Source: Hypanus sabinus
Taxonomy: Eukaryota
Assembly (NCBI RefSeq): GCF_030144855.1
Contig: NC_082731.1
Span: 26,288,001 to 26,352,000, forward strand
Direction: 5' to 3'
DNA length: 64,000 nt
Under the pieces are notes generated by a model. That model made no database searches, had not been told where the DNA came from, and worked only from the letters and a program-made list of their open reading frames with translations. Below, piece by piece: positions 49,365 to 60,099 of the stretch. Position 1 is the stretch's first letter; each line of letters starts with the position of its first letter. Position numbers and translations under genes: made by a program.

Positions 49365-50105
49365 TCTGTCTGGAAGCATAGTGAATCTCTGAAATTTTCT
49401 ACCCTAGAAAGAAGATGAAAGGCAGGTCATTTGATATATTCATAGATTCGAGGAAATTCATCTTCGGCCTTCCTCGTCAAGTCCGAACACGATGCCTCGC
49501 AAACATAAGGCTATTGAGCTGCATTTGCCGCATATCCCTCTAAACCCTTCATATTCATGTATTTGATTATGTTTTAATTTGTAATGATACCAGCTCCTAA
49601 CACCTCTCCTAGCAGCACATTTACTATACCCATTACACCCTGTCTAAATAATAACACCCCTCAGATAACGTGGAGATGGATAAATACTAAGGCCAAGGAA
49701 CTGGCTGTTTAGGGAAAAGGCACAGAAAAGGTGTTGAGTTCAGATATGATCATAATTAATAGTAGAAAGGCTTGACGAGTCTACTCCTGCTCTTATTTCG
49801 CTTTTATTGTGTTATGAAATTCTCTCCTACATCTTTTATATTGCTCAACGAACTTGCTTGTTTGCACTAATCATCCATTCACTTTTTTTTTTCCTGATCC
49901 AAACTTCAACAATGTTTGTCATCCAAGGTTCCATAATTTTGGACGAAAGGAAGATTTACGTTGCACAGTAGGTAGAAAGAGGCGGGGTTAATGAACGTAG
50001 GTGGGTACTTGATACTTTACATGGACAGAATGGGTCAAAGGGCCTGTTTCTCCGCTGTGTGGATCCTATGGCTTAGAAAGAGGCAGTGTCGAAAAATTTG
50101 TAATT

Positions 50106-50161
50106 TGAATTATATAAACAGATAATATTTGAACGAGGGACTAAAAGAAGTATAGGAGCCA
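50106..50161 (+). pseudogene. TRAJ: Decayed pseudo-J in the J-C interval: ELYKQIIFERGTKRSIGA
   Basis: ataatatttgaacgagggactaaa (IIFERGTK), phase-1 GT at 50162; RSS collapsed. Confidence 0.5.
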
Positions 50162-50972
50162 GTGATTGCGTTGTGAGTTATTATGCTTTCAGCTATTAGT
50201 AAAACAAAATACACAGATTTTTCAGCAATTAATTTAATAAATAAAAAATGCACAGATTTCTCAGCAATGAGTTTAATAGACATGTAATCTTCATCGGCTA
50301 AATAGTTGGTAAAGCAATTCGCCTAATTCTCATCCCAAATTAAAGGCAACTTAATATATCAGACTTTTAAAAATTGTTACGTTTGCTATAAGTTTGTAAT
50401 TAAGTGTTAACTCTAATATTAAAACTATAACAGTAAATGGTGTTTCCAATAAACCACAATATCACTAAAAAGACAAAGAACAATTAGAAAGAGAAGCAAA
50501 CTAATGAACAAACTAGAAGATAAACAGATACATAGGGCGCTGTTGGATAGAAAGACACAGACAGACGAGATATGGTTGAAATGTATGTAGAGAGTAATGG
50601 AAGTTGAGAGGCACATATAAGATAAATAATTACTGACACGTACAGAGAAGGGGAATCAGAGAGAAGTAGACAGAAGAGAAAATGACTGATATCAATAGAT
50701 AGAATAAAGTAAGTTGGTAGATAGATAGAGCACTGTGGGAGAGTGCAAGGGTGAGAGAGGGCAAGTATAAGAGTGCGGTGGGAGAAATTCATGAAATCTA
50801 AGCTATAGTTAGTCTGACTTTCAGATAACATGCTCTAGTACATGGTCTATTTAGCAGAAAATTGGCCGCAATCCCGTGACATTCCAGAGAGTGTAAGTGG
50901 GAATGTGATGCCTCAATGCACTCTTCGTGAACCCTGTAAGACGCATTTGCTACGCATACAATCAGGCCACTG

Positions 50973-51040
50973 AGTTTATGTGTGGACAAGTGATGCTGTG
51001 TGAACGATACGACTTACATAGACTATCACTCCATGTGAGT
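50973..51040 (+). pseudogene. TRAJ: FGXG-less J-like segment (51001-51034) with intact 12-RSS and splice donor
   Basis: Nonamer agtttatgt 50973-50981, spacer gtggacaagtga (12 bp), heptamer tgctgtg 50994-51000, 34-nt segment ending ACT ATC ACT CCA T (TITP), gtgagt at 51035; TAG at 51019-51021 in the C-compatible frame. Confidence 0.8.
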
Positions 51041-51693
51041 CCGCCTTGTTTGGAAATCAGTGAATGGCAAGTCTGGTTCATCGATTGAGCTAGTTTCCTC
51101 GTTTAGGAAAGACTGGGGACTCCTGATGCATGTGGTATTGAATGTTTCTATGGGCTGGACTGTTAGATCGAAGAACTTGGCAAGGACCCCCCGCCCCCCC
51201 CCCCCGCTCCCCTGTTCAATGCTTCAATCAGTTCCCTACCAAATGCTATGCTTTCTGGATTTTGCCTTGCCTAAAGTCAAGACTACTGTGAAACCTTCAC
51301 CCTTACCGAGCTGTCCAGAAGGATTTATTCAGAAGGGAAAGATGTCCGGCAGGAAGGAAACATTAGTGGGTATTGGACGAAGAAGGGAGTTTGTAGAGAG
51401 ACTGTGGACCAAGGGTTTCCAAAATGTTATGCCATGGACTCCTACCGTTAACCCCAGATTGGAAGATTCTACTGTAGACAGATCCCAACAACCAGAAGCT
51501 TCTTCACCAAATACTCTTTATTCAGCTTCACCTGACCGTAGCTTTCACTGACATATTCTCGACTTTGAGACATCACCGGCTCTAAACCTTGGTACTCTCT
51601 CCCGGACAGCATGGTAGCAGCACATTCAGCAGGGCGACGTTGCTCACTTCCTGACCGCCAGGCCACCATGTGTGGTGTAGGGAATCCAATCCA

Positions 51694-51968
51694 GTGGCGC
51701 AGCAGGTACAGCCGCTGCCTCGCCGTTCCAGCAACCTAGGTTCGATCCCGACTTTCAGGTCTTTTCCACAAGTTTCCACCAGCAAACAGCTTCCGGGTTA
51801 GTCACTGCAGGTTGATCATAAGGTGTAGGTGAGAGTCTTATTGTTTTGTCGGGAAGAATTTTAATGTGGATCCAATAAAATGGAATCAGTCTAGAATTCG
51901 TCTAAACATGTGCTTGTTGGGCCCAATATGTAAAAAGGGTTGTTTCCCTGTCGATTGCTTCAATGACT
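51694..51968 (+). mobile_element. tRNA-derived SINE (HE1-like)
   Basis: Pol III A box gtggcgcagcagg (51694) and B box ggttcgatccc (51739), followed by a LINE-type tail (gggttgtttccctgtc). Confidence 0.75.
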
Positions 51969-52609
51969 AACAAAAGTTAGAGATGAGCATTATTCATGTT
52001 AATTGGAAGAGCGTGTGTAAAAAAAAAAGTTCCCATGAGATATAATCTCCACTTCCTACACTCTTCCTACAACTAAAACCACGAGTTCAGTCATGCAGCA
52101 TAAAACAGCAAGTTCAGGACTTAAGAGTATGCCAGCTATCAGACACCCAAAATTCCCGTCGCACCCAGCACCCATTTAATGGAGCATAGTATGTTCTTTT
52201 AATTACATGGTTAAATTCTGAGTTCGCATTCTGGTTAGAGGACATTTCAGCTTTATATGTTTTTGTGTTCCGAATAGCATTTATAAAGCAGGGAATCTAA
52301 TTACAGTGTATCTGCTGAATTTCAAAAACGGGGAATCAACGGACAGATAAATGTGCAGGGGCAGGTGGGATTGAGAGAAATGCAGGCAAGCAGAGACAAT
52401 ACATTAATAAAGGGCGTGTAATGTAAATATCACTTTAATATATTATTCATGCATACGTAGTGCCATTGTATATGAGAAAGTAGCATGAAACTCTGCATAC
52501 AATAACTACTAGGAATGCAAACTGATAGTTTGGTTTGGTGCTTGATTCACCACAACTTCAACTAAGTCAAACTTGATCCAGTTTGTGTTTTCTCGCCGTT
52601 TGAAATGTT

Positions 52610-52870
52610 AACAGGAAATGCTGGAAAAACTCGGCAGATAGGGCAGTATCCGTGGGGAGACGAACCGTTGGCATTACAAGTCAAAGACCCTTTGCACGGA
52701 ACCAAGAAATAGTAAAACCAAGTTAGTTTTCACTGCTACTGCAAATTAATTTGCTATCCCTTTTATCCCGTTCTGACCCAAAAGCCCCAGAACTGAAATG
52801 TTAACTCCGTTTCCCTCTCTACCGATGCTGCCTGATCTGCTGAGGATTTTCTTCATCTTCCGTTTTTTTT
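52610..52870 (+). mobile_element. Short interspersed repeat fragment of the gatgctgcctgacctgctgag family (many other copies, e.g. ~6110-6330, ~12290-12510, ~17900-18110, ~18990-19170)
   Basis: Recurrent motifs aaatgctggaaaaactc...cag and accgatgctgcctgatctgctgag across the window. Confidence 0.6.
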
Positions 52871-53129
52871 TTTTTTGCAGATCCCAAGCGTCTGCCACCG
52901 CTTCAATTAACTTTACTGAGATGGCTCTAAAAAGGAGTAAATTAGATTCAGATTCAGATTCAGTTTATTGTCATTTAGAAACCACAATTGCAATGCAGTT
53001 AAAAAATGAGACATTGTTCCTCCAGAATGATATCACAAAAGCACATGATAGGTCCCGATAAATTGTGACAAGAGAGAGTTATTATTGAATTGAATACGAT
53101 CAAACAAGTCCAGACATTGACTTGTTTGA

Positions 53130-53555
53130 CGGCTCTAGGCCTCTATTCAGACGAACGGGAAGAGGAGGGGAGGGCTCATCGAAACCTGGGGAAAGTTGAA
53201 AGGCCACGACAGAGTGTATGTGGAGGGAATATTCCTTATGGTGGCGGAGTTTCAGACCAGAGGGCACAGACTCAGAATACAGGGACGTCCGTTTAGATGA
53301 GAAATGATCATGCAAGTCTTTAGCCAGAGCGTGGTAAATTTATGGAATTCGCTGCCACTGGCAGCTATGGAAGCCAAGTCATTGGGTATATTTAAAGAAG
53401 ATGTTGATATATCCTTGATTAGTTGGAGCATAAAGGGATACGAGGAGACGGCAGGGGATACGGATTGAGTGGGATGTGGATCAGCCATGATGAAATGACG
53501 GAGCAGTCTAAATGGACAAATGGCCTAATTCTGCTCCTACATCCTATATCCTATT
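53130..53555 (+). mobile_element. CR1-like LINE 3' fragment
   Basis: gagggcacagactcagaata, ttagccagagcgtggtaaatttatggaattc, gatcagccatgatgaaatg...ggcctaattctgctcctac tail. Confidence 0.8.
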
Positions 53556-54960
53556 CTCCTGGTCTTACTGTCTGAACCTATTGCATCATTACTGCTTCTT
53601 ATGGCTCTCCCACCTCTCCCTCCTGTCTGGTTACGAGGCCCGGTTACCACACACCACCTGACCCCATCCCGTGTACTACGGTAAACCTCTAGAATTTTCT
53701 TACAAGGAGGGCAGTGAGCCCTCACTCCTCATTCTTTTAGCTCATTCGAAGCCATGGCCAAAGAGACAAGGCAAATGAATGAAGGAAACTGAATGTGGCC
53801 ATAGGACAAGGCACTTTGGCCGACGATGTTTAAGTTGACTATGACGCCAAATTATACTAAAGCCTGAACATAATCCATACCCCTCTGTTCTTCTGCGTGT
53901 TGTCCCTCTATCCAAATACGTCTCCAAATACCCCTGTCACTATATCTGTAAAAGCAAATTCCCCCAAAATTTCCTTCAAACATTCCCCCTTTTACCCTTA
54001 AACTATGGTCTTCTGTCTGTAACATTTCCAGCCTGGGGTGGATGTTCTGCTCTATCTATGCCTCTCAGAATTTTTTATAAAAAACACTTGTCAGTTCAAC
54101 CCCCAGCATCCGACGCTTCTGGCAAATCAGCCCAACCTCGCCTTACAGCCAGTCCCAGCGTCTTGTAAGGTTGCAACGTTCCAGATCTGATATTACAAGA
54201 AACGACCTATGAAGGCAAGAGAGTGACTGTAAGATACAGGAGCGGGATTCGCCCATCCATGCCATTGAGTCCGCTCCAATTGTGTCAATTGTGGCTGAAT
54301 TGTTCAACCTCATTCATCCATCCTCAGCTCTTAACACTCTTCCCAATCCGAATCTATTAACCTCCACATTAAATCCACCCAGTTGTTCTCCGCCGCCCTT
54401 CTGAACAACGAATTCCACTGATTCTGCATCCTCAGGCTGATGAAATTCCTCCTGACCTCAGTTCTAAAGTAACGCTGTTTTTCCTCTTAGCCGGTGCCCT
54501 CAGATCCTCAACTCCCGCTCTAATGGAAGCATCCCCTCCAAGGCATCCAGGCCTTATGCCTTCTGAAGCCATATGGCTTATACATAGCCATGTCCACTTG
54601 TGCTGCCACTTTCAGAGAGCTAGAAACCAAAGACTAAATGTCCCCCAGTTCATCAACTGTGGTGGCATGCGATGTATGCCCTACCCTATTTGACTTCCCA
54701 AAAAGCACTACGTTTCACGTATTCGATGGTCTATCCACACTCGGTGGGCCGGAAAGCCTGTGCTGTATCTCTGTATGTCCAGGACAGGGGAGGAAAAGGG
54801 ATCTGAGATATACTGTATAGTAAACACGGACGCAGGGTCGAATGGCCTGTTTCTAAGCTGTGATTGTTCTGTCAGTCAGCCGTTCGGCCCGGGATGCGCG
54901 GAAGTACGAGCAAGACCACTAACCAAGGAGTTCACCTTGTCTTCTTCTTTTTCTCTGCAG

Positions 54961-55242
54961 AACGGAACATTGCACAGAAGCCATCCGTCTATTTCCTCCG
55001 ACCCTCTGCGCAGGAAGCTATCGACAAGCGGGTGCCAGCTGCCTGCCTTGCCACTGACTACTTACCCAATAAGTACACTCTCAACATATCTGCAGGCAGT
55101 TATTCCGAGAAAAGATCTGAAAAAGATGCTCAAATCTCCATCCAGGACAAAAGTTACAGCCTGTTGGCTTTCCTTACCGCGCCATGGTCCAGTGTGTCGT
55201 CTCAAATGAGCTGCCGGTTCAACGAGACCGATTACGTGGACA
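54961..55242 (+). CDS. TRAC: TCR alpha constant exon 1 (Ig C domain): xRNIAQKPSVYFLRPS...AACLATDYLP...YSLLAFLTAPWSSVSSQMSCRFNETDYVD
   Basis: Polypyrimidine tract + cag acceptor ending 54960; phase 1 matches the J donors; 282 nt; PSVY motif, two Cys, Trp shortly before the second Cys as in mammalian C-alpha; donor gtacgt at 55243. Confidence 0.92.
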
Positions 55243-55734
55243 GTACGTTGATCGTTTAACACGAAAACTCGACTCAACCGGCATATGTTAATCTGTTTAA
55301 AAATTGCACTGAAATATTTCAGTAAATCTGGCGGGTTTCAAGGGCGGGAAGGAACCAGGGACCTAGTGAGTGGGAAAGATTCGCGGGAAGTAGGGATCTA
55401 GTGAGTGGAATTTGCAAACGTCATCTACCGAGCAAGAGCCCAAAACATCAGTAGTTCAGGGGAAACGGCTAGGAAATTATCTAACTGGTTATAGAATCAC
55501 AAGGGCGGTCACGTCTCATCTATACTTCCCAGGTCTTTCCACAGCTGTGTTTGGGATCCTTCCCATAAACTCAACCACACACTCAGGGGATAAATTCAGT
55601 TCCTCCCCGATTTAAAGTGTATACTTCCTGCTCTTTTTTCCCCAGACCAGGAAAGTTTCGCTCAGCAAATACCCTTGTAATAAAACTATTAAGCAAACAC
55701 TAGTAACTCTCCACATAACTTGCTTATCCCGCCG

Positions 55735-56070
55735 ACTCCAGTATTGAACTCACCTGTTCATTCCTCAACCTTGAATCGACCTGCTCATCTGGCAAGCACA
55801 GTGTTGACCCGCTTTCCTCGTTCCAGCTCCACTGCTCACCCAATCTATTTGTTCCCCGATACCACTGCTGACCCAAACTTTACATTCAGCAACCACAGTG
55901 CTGATGCAACCATTTCACCCGAAATCCCACTGTTGATCCAACATGGTCATTCCCCAAATTCATTGCTACCCCCAACATACTCATTCCTCAACGCCACTAT
56001 CGAACTAACCTGTTCATTCCCCAACTCTAGCTTTGACAGGACCTGCTCATTCACCTACTCCAGTGCGCTC
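55735..56070 (+). repeat. Degenerate ~33-bp tandem array (consensus about acctgctcattcccaaccccactgttgaccc)
   Basis: cactgttgaccc-like cores at 55797, 55829, 55862, 55893, 55927. Confidence 0.75.
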
Positions 56071-56148
56071 CTTACCCTGTCTGATCAGTGTGGCATTTGA
56101 TGACTGTCCATGGACTAGACTCATGAAGTTACTTTTTATCTCTTTCAG

Positions 56149-56196
56149 AGGGTGGCCAGGGGGTTTGCATTGAACTTGATGACGATGATGAAGACG
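56149..56196 (+). CDS. TRAC: TCR alpha constant exon 2 (connecting peptide): xGGQGVCIELDDDDED
   Basis: tttttatctctttcag acceptor, 48 nt, phase 1-1, single Cys for the interchain disulfide, donor gtaagt at 56197. Confidence 0.88.
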
Positions 56197-56354
56197 GTAA
56201 GTGCTTGCTATAAATATTCATTATAATCTTCACGCTTCAAGGAATTTTGGGGGTGCCCATTGCAATCCACTGTATCCCGTATTATTTTCAGAAACTATAA
56301 ATAGAAGCTAAAGGAAGGACGTTTAGAAGAATTACTAGGGTTGTGTATGAGCAA

Positions 56355-56550
56355 TTATATGGGTCAACAGTCGGGTTGGGAAATAAGCAGGCTGAATCAA
56401 CAGTGCGATTGGAGAGTGAAAAGCTCGGATCCATTGTGGGGTTGGGGACTGGGCCGCATGACTCAACAGTTTGGTTAGGAAGTAAACAGATTGGGTCAAG
56501 AGTTTGCTTCAGAATGGGCAAGTTGGGTCAATAATAGGGTTGGGTAGGTA
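56355..56550 (-). repeat. Second ~33-bp array, inverted relative to 55735-56070
   Basis: gggtcaacag-like cores at 56361, 56394, 56427, 56460, 56493, 56525; the reverse complement agcctgcttatttcccaacccgactgttgaccc matches the left-array unit. Confidence 0.78.
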
Positions 56551-56940
56551 GTTCTATTCAAATATGTTGCGCGGGACTTTGATAGAGAGTGAGGATTGGA
56601 GCAGAGATACCCTTTGTGGAGTTCGTCCCAACACTATGTAGCGGGCACAAATTTCAGGAAATCTGCCTTTTAAGAAGGGAAGGAGAATGTGTTCTCCTGG
56701 AGGGGAAAAGTAAGTCTGTGGACCTGACACCAGACAGCTGTGGAGATCAAGTCATTGGACATATCCGAAGCCATGATGAGCGTGTGATTTGACTGCAGTG
56801 TAGGATAGAGAGTGGTAGGCAATAGGTAGGAAGATGCAGATATGGCTAAATCAATCCACAGATTCCTGTTCAGTTTTCTCGTATACCCAAGGGCAACTTT
56901 GAATGCCATCTCAGTGTTCCTCTCTTTTCTCCCCCGGTAG

Positions 56941-57048
56941 AACGAGACGTACAAGAGCTCTCACTAACAGTCTTCGGATTGAGGATTCTGTTCTTCAAAA
57001 GCGTTATCTTCAACATCTTGATGTCTGTTCGTGTTTGGATATCATAAG
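56941..57048 (+). CDS. TRAC: TCR alpha constant exon 3 (TM + cytoplasmic): xRDVQELSLTVFGLRILFFKSVIFNILMSVRVWIS*
   Basis: Pyrimidine tract + tag acceptor at 56940; TM carries the alpha/delta-type Arg and Lys (LRILFFK) and FN; TAA at 57045-57047; donor gtgagg at 57049. Confidence 0.93.
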
Positions 57049-57520
57049 GTGAGGGGCAGAGCTAACAGAGGGTCGATGGGCCGAACAGCTTCTGGTGGCG
57101 CGGAAGCCCGGAAGTCCTGAACGCTGTGAATAGCTGATTTGATGGTAACTGCAGAATTAAAGAATTAGCAGCACTGCAGTGCATCTCTCCCTCATCGCCA
57201 CTCCTCTCACAGATCTCCCTCAGTACCAATCCACCCAAAGTGCTGCGCTTCCTCAAAATGCCCCTTCCACGTTGAGACGCTCCTTCAGCATCCATGCTGA
57301 CAGCATGATGTAGCTGAAGGGTGGTGTTCAAGGAAAGAGAGCAGAAACTCAAACATGTTGAGCCGAATGGCCTGGCTGTACACTACAACAGTTTAACAGT
57401 AAATTGTATAGTAAACAGTAAACAGTATAGGCCTGGCCTATAGGGACTGTGGTTAGTCCAAGTCTGGTGGACAGAGAAGCAGTGAGAAAACTAAACTCTT
57501 CCTTCTCTCTCCCCATCTAG

Positions 57521-58770
57521 ATGGAGACAGAAGCAGGGTCCTGTCGGCTACCTAGAACCCTGGCGTGAAGCCAAACCGGAGCCAGGTGTGGTGGACTCAC
57601 TCAAGAATCGTTAAAGCCATGCAAATACAGAGATAATAACTCCGCTGTCATCGTCAGAAGTTTCCTGCTGTTGTAAATGCCTGACATATATCGCCTTTCC
57701 TTTGCAATCTCAACATCTTGTAAAAAAAATCCTTTTTCCTGCATTTACGCATAGAATTTATTATACTGCTCGCTCTTGTGAGATTTAAATTTTATCAGCT
57801 TCGCATCATTTTGTTATCTCTATATAAGCGGCTTTTGGAATATGCATGTCCCTTATCCTAAGAGTGCTTACAAGGTAGGAAGTTGTTCGGCCCATTGAGT
57901 CCGTGCCGACTTCCAGAGAACTCCTCCTGGTTCCTGCTCCTTTTCCCGACCCTGCCAGTTCTTTTCTTGTTCCTTTCGTCCGTATTCAGTGCTCTCAATA
58001 CTCTCCTGCCAGCAACAGTACTCTCTCCTCCTTCGCATTTTGAACCCCCTTCCATTCAATCTCCTCTTTCACTCTGCTGAGAAGAGTGGCTTCCGCGCCG
58101 GGGAACATCCTACATCCCCGGCGCGGGCTGCCAGTAAATTTGGGTATGGACTACTCCTTAGATGGACATACCTGTATTAAGAATCCACCGTCTGAAGTTC
58201 AAATTCCACGAGTACCGTTGGAGGAATTCAAATTCAAGAAATAATCTGAAATTTCAGAAAGGCAATTCTTTCGAAATATATTCAATTTAAAACCAGTCAG
58301 CTGTGATGTTAAAATCCCTGTCTGTGATGAAAAAAATCTTCCTCGTGGACGTAGAATGGGGCCACATAGTGAGTCCAGATCCTACCACGGCCTGCTGACT
58401 ATTTCAGCCAGCCTAGTTGCTCATCCAGTTAACACCATCCTTTCCTAGCGTAAGCAATAAAATGGACTTAATAGCCTTGACCCAAGGGTAAAGAACGTCA
58501 CTCCTTCCCCCAACCCTTAAGCTTCCCTGGCACAGAGGGCAAACCATGAGGGAAGTCAAGCTATTATGGAATATAAGCTGTCTCTACCCAACCATTTTCT
58601 TGGCGAACTTATGTTAATATTTTAAGAGTTTTGTAAATGGTAACGAATGAAAAAAATGCTCTCGCACATTGCCTAAGCTGAGCAGTACAGATATCACGTG
58701 GTTTTTAATTGAAGTGCTGCTTTCCAAACCGTTCCATCATATCAATAAATTCTGTTTTGATATCACTCAG
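57521..58770 (+). other. TRAC: Probable untranslated exon 4 (3' UTR) of C-alpha; end uncertain
   Basis: ctcttccttctctctccccatctag acceptor ending 57520; AATAAA at 58456-58461 and 58744-58749, the latter followed by T/GT-rich sequence. A non-coding last exon is the mammalian TRAC layout. Confidence 0.55.
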
Positions 58771-59029
58771 TAACTCCTTGTGATTCATTTCGTTGCATCA
58801 GTTTGGGTTAATGAATTATCCGTCAAAATCTCCACAGAATTTCTGCGACTTCAACGGAAATAGACAAGGGTGATGTCGGCTCTCGAATCTCTAGCTGCAA
58901 ACATTGGTTGCATCCAGTCCTCTGAGACCTGGACGCACTCCAATGTATCTGTATTTGAACCCTGGTTGTGATCCAGAAGCTCTTGGTACCAGTACTTATC
59001 AGGTGTCAAAAGCCAGCCTCAAAATAAAG

Positions 59030-59625
59030 GACGTTAGGCCTGAAGTAACGTTAGCTAGGTCACACTTGGAATACCGTGTGCAGTTCTGGTTCCATCTAGG
59101 AGAAAGGAAATGGTTCGGTCAGAGATATTAGTTCACCCTTCATTTCATGAATTTTTGTTAACACAGGCCCAGAGCATTTGATGGTCCTGGGCCTCTATTC
59201 ACTAAAATTCAGCAGAATGGCGGGGTGGGTGGGGGAGTGCTCATTGAAACCTATCGAATGGTGAAAAACCTTGACAGAGTAGATGTGAGGGGATGTTTCC
59301 TATGGTTGGAGAGTCTTAGACCAGAGGACACAGCCTCAAAATAGAGGGTTCGATCTTCTAGAATGGAGAGGAAGAGGAAATTCTTTATGAATTTCTGTAG
59401 AATTCTTTACCACAAGGCAGCTGCGGAGGCCAAGTCTCTATGTATATTTAAGGTAGAGGTTGGTAGATTCTTGATTAGTCAGGACATGAAGGGATACGGT
59501 CGTTAAGGCAGAAGATTGGTGCTGAGAGGAAAATTTGATAAGCCATGATGAAATGGTGGAGCAGACCTGATGGCCCAAATGGCCTTATTCTGCTCCCATA
59601 TCTTGTTGCTTCATGGTCTTATGAG
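59030..59625 (+). mobile_element. Decayed CR1-like LINE 3' fragment
   Basis: cacacttggaataccgtgtgcagttctgg, ggcctctattcactaaaattc, agaccagaggacacagcctcaaaata, ggccttattctgctcc. Confidence 0.75.
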
Positions 59626-60099
59626 ATAGTGCGGTGACGATTCAGTACTTTGGAGAAGTTGAGTTACCAGGGGAGAATGGATCCCCTCCGCTCCCACTCC
59701 CCACCCCCCCCCCCCACACGCACACACACCGGAGTAAACATGGTGACATTATACAGGTATAATCAAATCGGGAGAGGCATAGACAGGGTTGCTACACAGA
59801 GTCTGTTTCCCATGTTAGGGGAGTTTAAAACAAAAAGGCATGGACTTTGACTCTATCATTCTATGAAGGACGTCATTGGGGTTAGAGACAATTCCAGTGT
59901 CCTATTGAAGCAATACTATAATTTTGAAATTCGGATGAAGGTTCTTCAATCTGAAACGATAACTCTGCTTCTCTCTCCTCAGATGCTGCAACACGGGCAG
60001 ACTTCTTCCCCATTTAATGTCCTGCTTCAGACGATCCGCATCTGTGATTGTTGTTTTTGCGTCTTTTAGAAATCACATCACCGTTTGCCTCCAAAGTCC

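Larger units (their letters stand above)
96..51040 (+). other. TRAJ: TCR alpha J-segment cluster (about 36 intact J, 2 open J with defective RSS, about 25 pseudo-J)
   Basis: Recurrent 12-spacer RSS + FGXG-encoding 57-63 nt segment + GTRAGT donor, all on + strand, upstream of a TCR constant gene. A large J array with 12-RSS is the TCR alpha arrangement. Confidence 0.93.

Noticed and set aside
50731-50737. cactgtg heptamer in the J-C interval
   Set aside because: Weak nonamer within a GATA-rich repeat and no J-like sequence or donor after it.
54864-54960. N-terminal part of ORF 54864-55259
   Set aside because: Intronic polypyrimidine tract before the acceptor at 54960; the true exon is 54961-55242.
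55720-56534. ORFs 55720-56100, 56288-56521 and 56343-56534 with 11-residue periodicity
   Set aside because: Translations of the 33-bp intronic arrays; no splice or start context.
96-57048. Assignment as TCR delta, beta, gamma or an Ig locus
   Set aside because: Dozens of 12-RSS FGXG J segments, no D segments or intervening C genes, no WGXG J, and a TM with both Arg and Lys fit alpha best. Delta-like TM residues are noted as a finding.
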